From Bispira polyomma (taxonomy: Eukaryota), in assembly GCA_965649765.1 (NCBI GenBank), contig OZ287761.1, positions 14,508,001 to 14,572,000 of the forward strand: 64,000 bases of DNA, written 5' to 3'. The notes below the pieces were generated by a model, which was not told the DNA's origin, ran no database searches, and worked only from the letters and a program-made list of their open reading frames with translations. Made by a program: the position numbers and the translations under genes. The number at the start of each line of letters is the position of its first letter. Position 1 is the stretch's first letter. Shown here one piece after another: positions 36,701 to 51,700 of the stretch.

Positions 36701-39700
36701 TTTCTTTGGGTAGATGGTATATTGTATAGGCCAAATTATGTTATAATATTAGCATATATTGTGCCATGTTTCCAATGATAGTGAAAAACAAAAAGGTATC
36801 TTGGCTTCTGTTTGTATAACCCTTCAATCATTGTTGTTAAAAATTACAATCTAACTAAGTGTATTCATCGTAATTTTGTTAGGGTATATCATTTATATCA
36901 TTTTATAAGTAATGATTGAATTCACAGGGCAGCATAAAATGGGACGGTAGTAGTAAAGTGGGTCGATTTTTGAACTCTCACTAAATTTTTCTACCAACAA
37001 AATACACTCAATTATTTAATTTAACACATCACTTTCGATACTCTTTACTGATTTAGTAAATTTTAAGACACTAAATGCTCTACATAATTTTTTATTGTGG
37101 TTATAAAAGATCGACCCACTTTATGATGTCGATCCACTTCATGATAACCCGTGTACATAAAACAGTGATCCATAAAGAATAATCACCACCCTATGTTTGG
37201 CGATCGTAGTTTAGTAAGCGCCATGTAATGCAGCTTTAATATAATTATCGCTATCATTATCGCGGCGAATAATTAGGAAGTGTATTTTTACCGGCATAAT
37301 TGTTTTTAGTTGTTTTTAGATTATCGGTTGTTCTTAAGAATATACGATGGAAAAATGATTGCAATTAGATCTAGAGCAAACGTGTTTTGATATCCTAAAA
37401 TGATTTTGAAATTTTCATTTTGATTAATAATGGCATGGCGTGATACATTAATTATCACCCATTTAGCATTATCTACACAATCGTTTAGAATTACAATCTC
37501 GTCAAAATACTGGTCGACGCATACTCTAGCACACAAAACTGGCACACGGGCGTTCATATTACCGGTCTTGTAATACCTTCCGTTGTGGTTTTTAAATACT
37601 AAACCATGAAACTCCTAAATGAAAACAGATTTAACTTAAAAAAATATCAGACTACAGAAAAATATAACTTTTGTCACATATATCCATGTTTAATGTTCAT
37701 AAATATACAGTGGGGGACAGGAATTCGCTCAAAATTTACAGAAATTTGACAAATGTGAGCAAAAAGAAATAATATTGAGGCAACTCAGTAGTATTTTGTG
37801 AATTTAGAAACCAAAGTCACTGGTTAATATTGATAAAAAAGTGGACAGCATTTGGCCATTGTTAGGCAATAGTAAATATATATGTATAAGCTTTATTAAG
37901 AATAAGAATAATGTTATGAAATAGTTTATGTACGTGATATATAAAATGAGAAATAGAAAGCGAACAAAGATACAGCACAATAGCCCATCAGAAGTACTGT
38001 CTAATCCTCAACCTCACACTTTGAGCAGTACCACTGTTTATTTAGTGGAGTCAGTACATCAAATTCATTTAAAAGTTATTTTACCGGACAATACTCTATA
38101 TATTTGTATTGTAGGTATGTGCATGTTATATGTATATTATATTTGTAAAAATGGTATGCAAGCAAGTCGCGACCACAACAACTCGCACCCATCGACTCTC
38201 ACATACAAGTCGCACCCCAAATTTTAAGAAGAGCTCTAATTTAAGTCACGGTAGCGTGGATTAACAAGATATTGATTAAAGCAAATATTTATTAATGCAA
38301 ATATAATAATAAGGGATTTGTAAGATGTATAGTAAATTTATTATTTTGCCGACTGTCATCTTATTTTAAAGCACGGAAGACAAGTCGCACCCCAAATTTT
38401 AGGAGGTTTAATTGAAGTCACGGGGATTAATAAGATTTTGACAAAGGCAAATATTTAGTAATGCAAAGGAATATATAAGATGTATAGTAAATTTTATTAT
38501 TTTACCAACCATGATTTTATTTTAAAGCACGGAAGTCCCCAAAAATATATGCATTAACCACAGACTTAATAAAAAACAAGGCCCGCGGATGTTATAGTTA
38601 ATAGTTATGTAATATTTGATTAAAGAGTGGTGAAAAATGACAAATATTGAATTTAGAATGATGAAAAGTTAAGCAAATATTTATTATGTCTTATTCATAA
38701 ACGGCTATTATTCAAAAATCGGGTGCGAGTTGATGGGTGCTAGTCGTTTTAGAAGCGACTTGTTCGTATTCCATTATATTCTGCATATAATTTCCTTTAA
38801 ATTGAATTTTCGACAGTGATTAGGTGTAATAACCATATTAACGGCAAAACGCTGTCCACCACAAATCGCTATACCCCCCGAAACATCATCCGATATTATG
38901 ACCCAACCAGTATTATGAATACACATGTACTGCTACCCTGCATAAACATAATTTTGTTTGGGGTTTGAAGTGCATCGATTATTGCCCAAGGAGACTCGAT
39001 GCATCATTCAATGCATCAAAAACTCTATTTTAACCAAATAAAGTGCTGATACATACCTAGATTCTACTGGGTTTTTTTTTAACACAATATCCCTTTAAAT
39101 TTAGGTGTAAAACGAACATAAACTTCACAAATCTATTATTTATATTTGTTCTTGGCGACAATGTGCTTTTCGGTGCATACTAAAATTCGGCCAATAGGGA
39201 GTAATATATAAATGATCGAGTCACAAAGCCCAGCGCGATGTATCGTTTTTCTTGTCTCACTCGATTGATGCATCGATGCTAGTGCTAATCGTCGCAGCCT
39301 TACTACAATATATAATAGATGTTGAAATAAAATAATCAGAACTCTCTTGTGGTATATTAATTTATTCAAAACTACAAACACTGTCTAGTTTTTTTAAAGT
39401 AATTATTTTGAGATACAACTCTACTCTAGTGTCAAATCTGTTCAACTTTAAACTGTACTTTTGTGTATTCCAGCTGAATAGGCTGCAGGAAGCAAAACTA
39501 GTTTATGGCCAGCTAATAAAAGAAGACCCAGATAGCAGAATAGCAAATGCCAATATGCGGCTCATTGAAGAGAAAATGAAGACTGAGGCGGCTAAAGAAC
39601 AGAAAGCTAAGGTGGAGGACCCCAAGAAGAAATCAAAGAAAGGCAAAACTGTACGATATTTGTCACCATATTAATCATGAAAAAACATTCTATGAATATA

Positions 39701-42700
39701 ACATGTTCTTATATCAGTTGACAATAAAGTCACTGTGATATATTGCCTGTTGGACTTTGATATGTGTAAAACTGTAATACGTTTCTACTGGCAAAAATAA
39801 CACTATTTATTTTCAAATATCTTTATTTATCAGCCATCAATAAAGTCACTGATATATGGTTGGTACTGTGTGTCACTAATAGTGTCAAATTTCATATTGT
39901 GACGAGCAGTTTATTAGAGAAAGAAGAAATCAATACAGGGTAGTTGATCAATGTTTTAAGCATGGCAAATGACCGGCCTTCACCAGGTCTAATGTCGACT
40001 TTCCCACATACATTCTGTATCTGAGAATTGAACCCTGACTGGGAGGCAAGATTGTTAAGTGACCGATGCACCACCATGGTCCCTTGTTATTACAGTAAAA
40101 TGTGGATCTGTCAAAAGTACTCCGGTACTTCTTGTAGAATACAGTCATGTCTTCATACAAACTCTAAGGAAAAAAAAGTGTACCTTCTAATTGTATCCAC
40201 CGATCAGGTGGATACTTTGGTTTATCGTTGGCTACGCCACCGCCACCACCGTAGAGAGATTTTTGTCGTTAACACTCTCAGCGGAAAACAAGACCAGCTA
40301 GCTTAGCCAAATTTGCAGGATATCTTCATTGGGAGGTAAGCTTCTCTGCGACTGATATTAGCCTCATTCTGAAAAACAAGATGGCCGCCATCGGCATTTC
40401 TTTGAAAATTGTCCATCTTTTTCTACTGGCTGGTTCTCGTAACTAGAAGGTTAAATCTCTTCATAGGTGATATGTATAACAGATATATATGTCCTCTACA
40501 AGCATGCAGACATTTGACCTTGAAGTTCTTCATTGAAGGTCATTCACGGAGTGCCAAAGTACCCCACATGGCGAACTTTAAAAGTGCCCATATCTCCCTT
40601 ATTATTGGTCCTAGAGGTTTGGTATGTGAAGCCTACCTATAGGAAATCATGGGCTAGGAATCTTCTGATGTCGTCAGGTTTGACCTTGGCCCCTCATTCA
40701 AGGTCAAACAAGCTATCCAAACTTAAAAGTGCTTATAACTTGCTTATTATTGGTCCTAGAGGTTTGGCATGTGAAGCCTACCTATAGAAAATCATGGGCT
40801 GGGAAGTGCTTATAACTCGCTTATTATTTGTCCTACAGTTTGGAGATGTAAAAGCAACCTATAGGAAATCATGGGTTGGTAGTCTTCTGATGTGGTCAGG
40901 TTTGACCTTGGGCCCCTCTTCAAGGTTAAATGACAATAGCCAAACTTAAAAGTGCTTATAACTCCCTTATTATTGGTCCTACAGGTTTCAAATGTAAAAC
41001 CAACTTATAGGTAATCATGGGCTGATAATCTTTTGATGTGGTTAGATTTGACCTTGGGCCCCTCCTTCAAGGTCAGACGAGGGTAGCTATAGCTTGGGTG
41101 CTTCCTAACTATGGTGTTCTGTCTTTCTGGTGGATACAAATATGCATCGGTTTTCCAATGCGCTAGGTCTAGTTTTACCATAAAATAGGCACTAGTTATG
41201 CAATTTTTTTAGCATTTTATTAAGACCTAACTTAAGGTCTTCAGGGTTTTACACACTGGAGGGAGTTTCCTTTTAAGAGAGGTGCAATGCTGGACTACCA
41301 AAATTACATCTTGTTTCAGCCTTTATAGAAATGTATATACGTGTACATTTATTCTATTGATACCTCTATAGTTGTATGTTTAAATTATTTTTTTCTCTGT
41401 TGTTCTACAGAGTAAAGGGAAATCTGTGGATGAGAAAAAAGACAAGAAAGAAGAAGGTTACAAAGAAGAGTGGTGGTTGAAATACTGCAGGGGTGATCTG
41501 CCACCAGTGAGTTTGTGTTTTGTAGCATTTGCCTGGTGTTGTAACTGAAAAACCGGTTTAAACCAGTTGTTGGTTGGCCTCTTCATAAAAGCCAACTACC
41601 AGTTAAAACTAGTCAAAACCAGTTGTTGATCTTAGATTATATTCAGAAATTTTACATAAATGGATACACTACAGTTTCAATATTTATGTAGAACATTATA
41701 CTTTGGAGCCACCCACTGACACATGTGCTGCACAGTTTTGTGCTTTAGGATCTATAGACAGTATAATCATTTATAATTTACATTTTTCTGATTTTCTGTT
41801 TGTCGCTTGGATTTATAAACCAACAACTGACTAATGAAAAGCGAAAACCAACCTCAACCGTGTTTAAAGTGAATTTTGTTGAGTAGGAATCAGTAACTGT
41901 TAGTATTGTGAAAATTGAACGAGAAATCAAAGAAGTTGTAATTTTGCAATAACGATTACTGACAGTGTTATGTGCATATCCTTTGCAAGATATATTGCCA
42001 AATGAGGCTTCCTACAAGCTGCTTGCCGAATATACAGAATTTACAGAAATGTAGATGAATATGAAGATTCCTAAGTAGATGTAGTTATATAACGTACAGC
42101 AACATGGTGTGATTTCACCTGAAGGCTGGTAGTTTTTTCGGAGTCTCTGATGTTATTTATTTTTGCTCTTTGTATTTGTAGTATTATGAGAGGGAAACCA
42201 TGTTGAAGTCCTACATTAAGGAGATTCCGATCTCGGGGAAGAAGTATAAGGTCACGCCGCTCAGTTTATACCCACCTGTGATTCTGATTAAAGAAGTCCT
42301 GGAGAACTTCACTATCAGTAAACTCATCAACTTTGCCACAGAGGAGGTAAATTAGACATCATGAAAGCTCTGAAAAGGGGGCACTTGTTTGTATTCACAC
42401 TGTTAATTAATTTTATTGTGCCGCCTAAATTTTCTGTGATTTTTTATGAAAATTGATTTAATTTTGTATCTCTTGTCATATTTTACTTTTGTAAGCTAAC
42501 CTTTTCCTGTTAATTGGAGATGCTTTGTTTTTGTCCTGACAAAAGAAAGAAACATTTATTCGTTTTGACAGTTATAAATTTTAGTACATGTAGATGAATA
42601 TTATAATAAATGTAACTGGCAATATAAATAACAGTAGTTTTAAATTTAAGAAGACTTTAATAGTTAAAGCCTTTCTCTTATTTACCAATCAAAAACTTAT

Positions 42701-45700
42701 TTGAGGGAGTATTTCTTTTGTGAATTTAAAAAACTGAAAATCGCTTAATTTTACCAAGTTTTGCCAAATTTATTTAATTAATTAAAATGTGTTCAACTGG
42801 CAATCTGAAAGGTATAAATGATCAAGTTTCTACATATTCCTTCTTGTTAAAAGTCTTGAGGAAGTGCAACTGAACACAAGTTAACCTTGTCTCTTTAAAA
42901 CTATTTCTTTGTAGATTGTAGAAAAGATACACACTTATTCACAGCCAGATGAGGCTAGGTATAATTTATAATACCACACAAATCTTTTGGATTTTTTTTT
43001 TTTCTGGTACATTTACTTTTTTATTTTTCTCCTTATGGTTTGTCTGTGTTTTAGTTTCTGTTGGCAAAAACGTAAACGTTATATTTTGTAAACAATGGAG
43101 CACAAACAAGAATCTTTTCAGGGGTTTGTTTTGAGGGCAGAACAAGTAGTCGGTCAATCCCTATGGAGCGGTTCAGCTTGTGGCCTGAGAATTGAGTCTC
43201 ACCGCGCCTATTTTCCCACTCAATTGTAGCCTTAGTTTGTTTTAGGTTTTGTGACAGTAGAGTAAGGATGCAACCGAGGGCTGGACACTCGCTGTATGAG
43301 CCCATTTTTTCAAGGAATTGAGCCCATTTTCCCTACTCGACTACTGGCTATTATAGCAGATTATTGCTCCCACAATATAAAAGACATATAGAATATTAAC
43401 ATTTGCCAATTTTGGCCTGGTGACAGCAAATAATATTTAGGCTTTTGTCAAGTAACCTACATTTTATTGCATATGTTTTAAAATATCAGACGTTTTTTCA
43501 CAAAAACATCGCTGCGGGAAATGGCCATATTTGTTTCTGGTGTTTCCAATTGGTAAATACTAAAACTCGCAAGTACCCGAATTCGAGTCGAGTTTCCGAG
43601 AACGAGCACTCAAAGCATTTTTTTTGCACCCGTCCCACCCCTACAGTACAGTAAAAATAAATATAAGTCTAAGACATAATAGACTTGAAAAAGAAGAAAT
43701 AACACAGCAATAACACCATTCGATAAAAACCAAAACATTGAACTGTCCTTGATATTACTGTAGATTCTCTGTAAGTCAAATGTCTAATATTTACCGGATT
43801 TGGTTCTATGTATGGAAATATTCTAGTTTTATACCCAGTTTATGGATAATAATTATTTTGGATGTTGAGAACAGATAATTGGTTCTAGTTATAGAGAACT
43901 TTGACTTACCCTGATGCTAGTTACAGAAAATCTACGGTACATCATTGTTATATTATAATACGACTATTATAATCTTTTAAAGAGCATAATTCCATCAAAA
44001 GCTGACTTCATTTCTTGATTACAGTGAAAGCTCATCTAGATGTTGTAAACCGCCAAATATCTAAGGCCTGAAATGAAATAATGTCCTCACTTTTTGATTG
44101 TTTTGTCCTTCTGGGAAGTAGCTTTGAATATCACACCTGCTCCCAAGTTTATTGAGCAAAGGTGTTTGCCCTGGGAAATATATATTTTATATGTTAGTTC
44201 CCATTCACTTAAAGTGATAGTAGAAGATGATTTTTTTGTCAGTATCCAAATTTTAAAACTGGTACCCTTAAAACAACAGCAGCTTGTGACCAAAGTTTTT
44301 CAGTGAAACCTATGTTTTCCGAACTTCTGTTTTCCAAATATTCAAGTTCACAAACTCATTTCAACTCTCCCAAATTTATCTTTTTCTATTGCTCGATAAA
44401 CCAAAAATAAAATGGCTTTCGATTTTATAAATAAAGTAGAAATTCCATTTATCCAAACAAAATGTTGCTCTCTCCCAACATGCCTGGCTAATTGAGGTTC
44501 TATGCTGTACTAATATACTGCCTCTTTAAATAGTGGCAGTTTGCAGTGTTTTCGTTGGAAATTTTTTTTTAAGATACATGTAATACTTATTATGTCTTCT
44601 GGATATATTATGTTCAGTTTGTGTATTATTTTAAAAAAATATTTTTTTTTTGTGTACTATTTTTTTAGAAAAGTACAATCTTTAATTAGTTAGAACCATT
44701 CAGTTTCTGGGGTTGGGTGTTTGTTATATTTAAGGACATTGTGATGATAAATATTAAAAATTTTCGAAATCATTAAAATTACAGTCAAATTTGTGTAGAA
44801 GATGACTGACCGTGGGAATCAGTAAAAATGGTTGCATGTAGAGATCGGTCGTTCTGTGAACCTATCGGTCATCACCAAAGTTGTCGATAATCAGAGATTG
44901 TGTAAAATTTTTCTTTAACTAGATCGTTGTTGTACATGCTATTAACACATAATCCCTTCTAATAGTTAATTCTATATATTATATAATTCTATTCGTGTAT
45001 TTTACTTTGTATAGTTAACTGAATTTGTCTCCCACAAGCTATGCTTAGTTTTCAAGAGTCATTTGACAAACTCCTTCCAAAAGTTTTGTTTGAGTTAACT
45101 CGGTCTGCCATTCAACTCGTGAAAAGTAGAAAACTTTGTTTTAAAACTCTCTTTAGACCAAAGTGCTTCTGTAATTTAATCGGGTGCATATGTACTTTCA
45201 GTGCACCTGTGTTCTGGAATGATGAGACTTACTGGATGGAGAAGTTCACCGTCACCATGCGTAACCTAACTTACCAGAAGTACAGTGTGGAGAGCCACGC
45301 GAAACTCAACCTGCTTGGGGCGGTTAGGGTGAGTGAGTAGTACGTACAGTCAAGAATCAAATACAGTGCTATGTAAAGCGCCTAAATCAATGAAATGTGA
45401 TAGTACAGTCAAAAATTCTATTGTATTTTATAAAAGTGAAACCCTGTTAAGTCAAATCTAAAGGGACCATAAAAATTTGTACCACTTAACAGAAATTCTA
45501 CTTCATCAGAGGTAAATTTCAATTACAAATATAGCAGTGAGACATTATAATAACTTCTACTGAACAGGTAATTCTACTTATTACAGTTCTACTTGAAGGG
45601 GTTTAACTGTATATATACTTTAGGCACTTTATTTATGCGAGGCATCTTCTTTAAACCAAATCAATTCAACCAATCATGTGTCCCAACAACAGAGCTTGGG

Positions 45701-48700
45701 TCGTTTTTCATCCACAGGTAATGGCGTGTATAGACATCTTCCCCAAATGATGTTATCCCACCCATTGAACCTAGCAGCATTACTTTTCTGATCACCAGAC
45801 TCCTCCCTGATAACCACTAGGCCATGGGAGACCATCAGTAACATATGTATGGCGTATTATATATATGTTACACCTAAAAAGTACATGTCACTGTTGTATT
45901 TGAACCTGACTGAGTCAGAACTCAAAAGATCAGCTTGTGTTCTTTTTGCCACCCAGTCTTAGAATGCAATTCTTAAGAATTTTTCTTAGCCTCAGAAATT
46001 TAGATTCTTTTGAGAAAAAAAAATATTCTCAACCAATCAAATTGCTTGAAACAAAAACTTTTAAGACAATGAATCCTTGTGAATACCAGCGCAGGATAAG
46101 GACTTCAACTTAAGCAGGAGTTCTTACTTAACGAGGTTGTGTTTAAAGTGGAAAATTCCTTTGTGGTTGGAGGACTACAGACATTTCTCCTGACCTAAAA
46201 GGGAAATTGACCGTTTTTAGGGGGATTTTCAGGTTTTCCTATTGTTGGTGATCGACTGTACAGTTATATTGTACATTTTGAACGTGCCTTATTGATGTGA
46301 GGCATCTTCTAAAGCACAACGACAGAATCAAATGAACCAATTTAAAAGTCCCAAAAACATATCCAAGGTCATAAGGAAGGAGGGAATTAAGTGGAGTGAG
46401 CGAGTTTTAAAAAAATAAGTTTTTTTTCTAAACCTGAAAAGTGTGTCTGGTGATCTAAACAGGGAGACTACTCCATAAGATCGGCGCAGAAATTAAGAAA
46501 GCTCTAGATCCAGCGCTCTTTGTGGGTTTTACAGAGAAAACAGAAAGTCTCTTTCTTCTTTTTCTTTCAATTTATATGTTTATATCTTACAGGTGTACAA
46601 TGTAGGAGCAGGTGGCACTTCAAATCCTGGACGTGGTGAATTGAAAGTGACGCCTCGATCTGTAAGTTGCCCTTCTACAGATAAAAAAGTCTGTTTAATC
46701 AAATTTCGCGGGGGACATGACTTTTGGTCCGATAAATGGGATATTCGGATACACTGAAGGCCTACATAACAATACATGTTTGAGTGGACAAATGGGGGTG
46801 AAAATTGGGGACTTTACCTTTGATTTTAACATTAAAACTGTCACTACCAAAGCTTGCATTACACTGGTATCACAATAATTAGGTGGTAATTCCATGAAAT
46901 ATTAACTCTTCTAGTAAACTACAGGTTAAATCCTTTACTATTTAGAAGGTCCACTCAGTTAATCTGGATTTTCGGATAAACGGACGGTTGGTTAAATAGA
47001 GAGGTCTGTTATACAGAATTCTTCTGTACTTGATGTCCTTCTTTAGAAAACTTGTTGCGATGAAAGGTCTAAAGCCTATATATTCACTTAACCCCTTAGA
47101 TACCATGTCTGTCGACTGGCATTCGACAGTGAAGTCTATTCACTAGTGCCATGTCCGTCGACCAGCAGCCGACACCCCCATAATATTGTTTTACTTTCCT
47201 GCAGTACAGCATAATTGAAATGGCTTAATATATTGGAGTTCCTCGATTAAAATATCATATATGAGTGCATTATGAAAACCCCCAGAATTGCCTGTAAGTG
47301 AGTGTTTTAATGACTTCAGCTATCTGTAACCTTATTTCTGTGAATTTCCTTCGGTATATGTGAAGACTGTTCCCTTGGTGGCAAAGGGGTTAAATGTGAA
47401 GAGATAATTATGGTAATCATGGAGTGTTTTTTTTTTTATAAAAAGCCTTTAATGATACACGCACTGCACTCTCTTTTAATTTGTATGATTTTACATGTAG
47501 AATAATTTACAGTATAACCTCTGTTGTCGGACCCTCTGTATCCAAATATTCTATTTTATAAACTCAATTTCCCTCTCCCAAACTATATTCTTAAATCCTA
47601 CTTTCTTTCTCCTATCTCCAAAGATGTCCGTAAAATAGAGCTTCTACTATATGTAGTGAGGCACCTCAAATAATGTTATCATTTTATTGATTTTACCATT
47701 CTCTTATTCAGTGATTCAATGATATGTGTCCCCAAAAAAGTTGCGAATAATAATGAAATCAATATCTAAAACAAGAAGATAGTAGTCAGAGACTGCAAAA
47801 CCTCGCCCAGAAATTCAATCACGGACTTGCAAATTGGTGATTGGGGTTAATATATTGAGTAAGGTGTACTTTACTTTTAAATATGAAGTTAGGGTTATTA
47901 TTTCTAAAAATTAAATAGAAATGGGGTATATAGTCAACATAATAATATATTACATCAGAATGTACACTACCATTAGTGCTAGTTTGTGACGTCAAATTGG
48001 GGTTATTATATGAATTATATCGGCCAGAAACGGCTTATTTTATTGAAAGGTGTATTTTATTTCAAAATATGAAGTTAGGGTTATTATGTTGAATATAAAC
48101 ACCATTTCCATAGCTGTAAAATGAGACGTGTTTCAAGTTATTTTTTATGGTAACAAATCTGTACCTCTTGGCTTTCAGATTTGTATTGTGACATCATAAT
48201 GGAAGGTTTTTGAATGCAAAAAAACTACAGAGTTTTGGGTTGTTTGAATATGGTCATAGTGAACAAATTAATCCCTCAATTCTTTGAAAATTACGATATA
48301 TATAAAATATAAGCAATATTTAATGTTATTGTGTACAAAACCTGATTTTTAGAGTGGTAGAAATTTGTATTTGAAGCTAATTCTGTAAGGTCACAACTCA
48401 GTACTTTTTGTATGTAATTTGCCGCGAATTTTCAATATTTTGGATCTATTTCTGACTGTTTGGTGTTATATTTTGACCTACATAAGCATAATAATACCCT
48501 TTTATAAGTGGATAATAAAAGAAAAACCTCCTTTGTGGTGTATATTACAAACATATACACCATTCCAGTAGTTTTCCTATTATATTACATCGTGTACGCT
48601 ACCATTAGTGCTACATTGTGACATCATAATCAGAAATTGTGTATGAATGATATTTTGATGACGTAATGATGACGTCATCATATTTCATATACATCCCCAA

Positions 48701-51700
48701 TCTTGGAGTCGGTGTAGCTTCGGTTTGCCCAACGCTGTCTTTCTTTTTTTTAATATTATGCAAATGATCCGTGATCTCGGAGTCAGTGTAGCTTCGGTTT
48801 GCCGAACGCTGTCTTCGTTTCTTATATGTGGCGCAGAATTTAAGAGATCTTCAGAGCTATTTTTGTATATAAAAAAAGGAAATCTTGTCTTAAAGCTACA
48901 GTTCACAACCGATCTGTATGTAGATTTTGTGTAATAGTGGTTTGTACACTCACACACACAAACACACAAACCGAAAACAAAGGGCAAGGTTAATGATGAT
49001 ATTTTAACTGTACTAAATGTACAGTACAACCTCTATTATTCAAATAAGTTGGATGAGAGCTAGATTTTGTTTGGATAATAAAAGATTAAAATAAAATCGA
49101 TGAGACATATTAGTACAAAACAATAAGAAAATGTGAATTTGGGAGAGTGGAAATATGTTCATAAAATTAAATATTTGGATAATAGAAGTTCAGATAATGC
49201 AGGTTTTACTATATTATTTTTCAAATTAATTGATTAATGGGATGTAATAACTGTAATGAATATATTAATTACTAAATGAATTCATCAATGTGATGTTTTA
49301 ATTGTATGAAATATATTAAATTCTAAATTAGTCGATTAATGTATATATGTTTTAACTGTATTAAATGTATTAATTTATAAATCAATGATTTTAATGGTGA
49401 TGATTGTTTTAATTTTTCAGACTTGGGAAAAGAATTATATTGGACGATATGTTCTGTTTGTAAGTAGATTTTATTTATACAGTAGGTTGAATGTTTTCCC
49501 AGAGAAAGTTGAATCTTTCTATTTAAAAAGGGAACCAATTGTGAAAATAAACTACGGTGAAATTTGATCAAGCTCCTTTTCTGCTATTAATACAACATTT
49601 GTTTTGTGGAAGGTTTATTTCAATTATTTCTTATTTTATTTCTTGTACTAAGTACATTCAAAGTTTTACAAACAAAAAGTTGAACCACTATTTATATACA
49701 AAATAAGGTTTAAAGAAAATGAAAAAAAGAAAAGAAAAAGTTAATAAGTACTTGATATATATCATATCAACCTGTTATATTTGATCCATCTTTAAAAATC
49801 AACCTGTCATATTTTATCCATCTGTTAAACATTCACCTATATAATTGTATAACGACATATATATATATTTTCAATCCAATGTGACGCAATTTGTTGTGTC
49901 AGCATTGATTAGAATATGCAGTTTCCACTTCTGGTGCAATTGTATCCACTTAATCAGTAGAAACCCTTTAAAAAAGATTTTTTTTGAAAGGAGAAGTGTT
50001 ATAAAAAGTGTTTGTTATCAATCCTTTCTGTTCGTCCAAGAAAAATGTGTACAATTTGAAAAAAATATATACAAATATGAGATGTTCCTTATTTTCAGTT
50101 GAAACCACCTAAAGCTGGCGGCCATTTTGCGTTTCCATGGTTGCGGGTGAGCGTGAAACCCGAGAAGGGAGACATTCTGTTCTGGCAGTTCCGTACACCG
50201 ACTGGCAAGGTTCACCCACGGGTCCAACACTGGCTGGAGTGTCCAGTTATCCTGGGAGACTTCTGGTGTAAGTCCACTTGGTGTTATACTTCACCCTTTC
50301 GACTAGTGGGGTGCGACTGTGTAGCAAAAATTTGGGTCTGGGATATCGTTTGACAAAAATCGTCCCGATTCTTGAGAACACATGTGCATGATCCCTCAAA
50401 ATGACCTATTTTAGGATTCAATAGATATACAGTGTAACCCTGTTAAGTCGAATTTGAAGGGACTATAACATTTGTTCTATTTAACAGGAATTCTACTTAA
50501 CAGGGTAAATTTCAATTAGAAGTATAGCAATATGATCTTATAATTACTTATACGTACCAGGTAATTCCACTTAACAGAATTCTACTAAAAGGAGTTTGAC
50601 TGTTATTTGTTTGCAGTAAAAAGCCTGCATTTTCGGAATTACGGTATCTTTATTTAATCAACTTATTCAGAAAATCTGTTACCAATAGTGTATATTAACC
50701 CTTTCTCAACCTAAAAAAAAGATTACAGATAGCTGGAGTCATAAAAACACACACCACAAATTACTTCCGGCATTATATAACGGCCCCGCGTATAATTTTG
50801 TTTTTATATAGGCATTTAAATGTATATTATGACATTGAGTTACCAAACTGACGTCATCAATACATAATTATGACGTTATTATGACGTGTAACAGTAGCAG
50901 AAATAAAAAAAATAAAATATGCATATATTTGTAAATATACAGGCTTAGTTAAGACAATAACAGCAGGTTTGTCATTTGTAGAGTCCAAGATTTCCATTAA
51001 TACCCCAAAACTCTGGCCAATTGCATCCACAAACCCATTAAACACACTTGTGTTTAGTAGTATAGGTAATCGTAAATTTTTTTTTTATTTACACTTGTCG
51101 AAATTCTAATGTTTATATGACAGACATATTATATTGGTGTAGGTTCACATTGAAGACATAACATCCGTAAAATGTTTCAATAAATTACACTGCTAGAAAT
51201 TTTGATTGTCTATGTTGTTTGTAAAGATAATAAATAAAAGGGTGATAAAAAGAGTAATTTTTAGTATCAAAGTACAGGTACCAAAACTAAAATTTGAATT
51301 TATTTGAGTTAAAATTCACTTTCAACGGCTTATGTTATATTATGACAACCAGATTTAATGGTGGAGGAAACCAATGCTAAAGCATGGTGTAAACCACTGT
51401 CCTATGGATGGTACCTATCAAAACTTTTCCACATGACGGAATGAACACGATTCAAACCCACGCTGGTAAGAGGCCAGTGATTTTGAAGCAGGGGCTTCTA
51501 ATGCGGCCCCTATATTCTCTATTGTAAACATTTTATTATCTAAAAATTTTTGGAGTTGAACTGAGTTTAGTATAAATTGAATATTCGGACACTAGAGGTT
51601 CAGATAATGGAGGTTCTGTTGCACATTACTACAATCTTTTTTTGGTTTACTTTATTTTATCTACAGATGCTGAGCAGATGATAGAACATAACAATATGAT

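Noticed and set aside
40409-40787. ORFs with repeated LIIGPRGL
   Set aside because: Translations of HINE internal tandem repeats.
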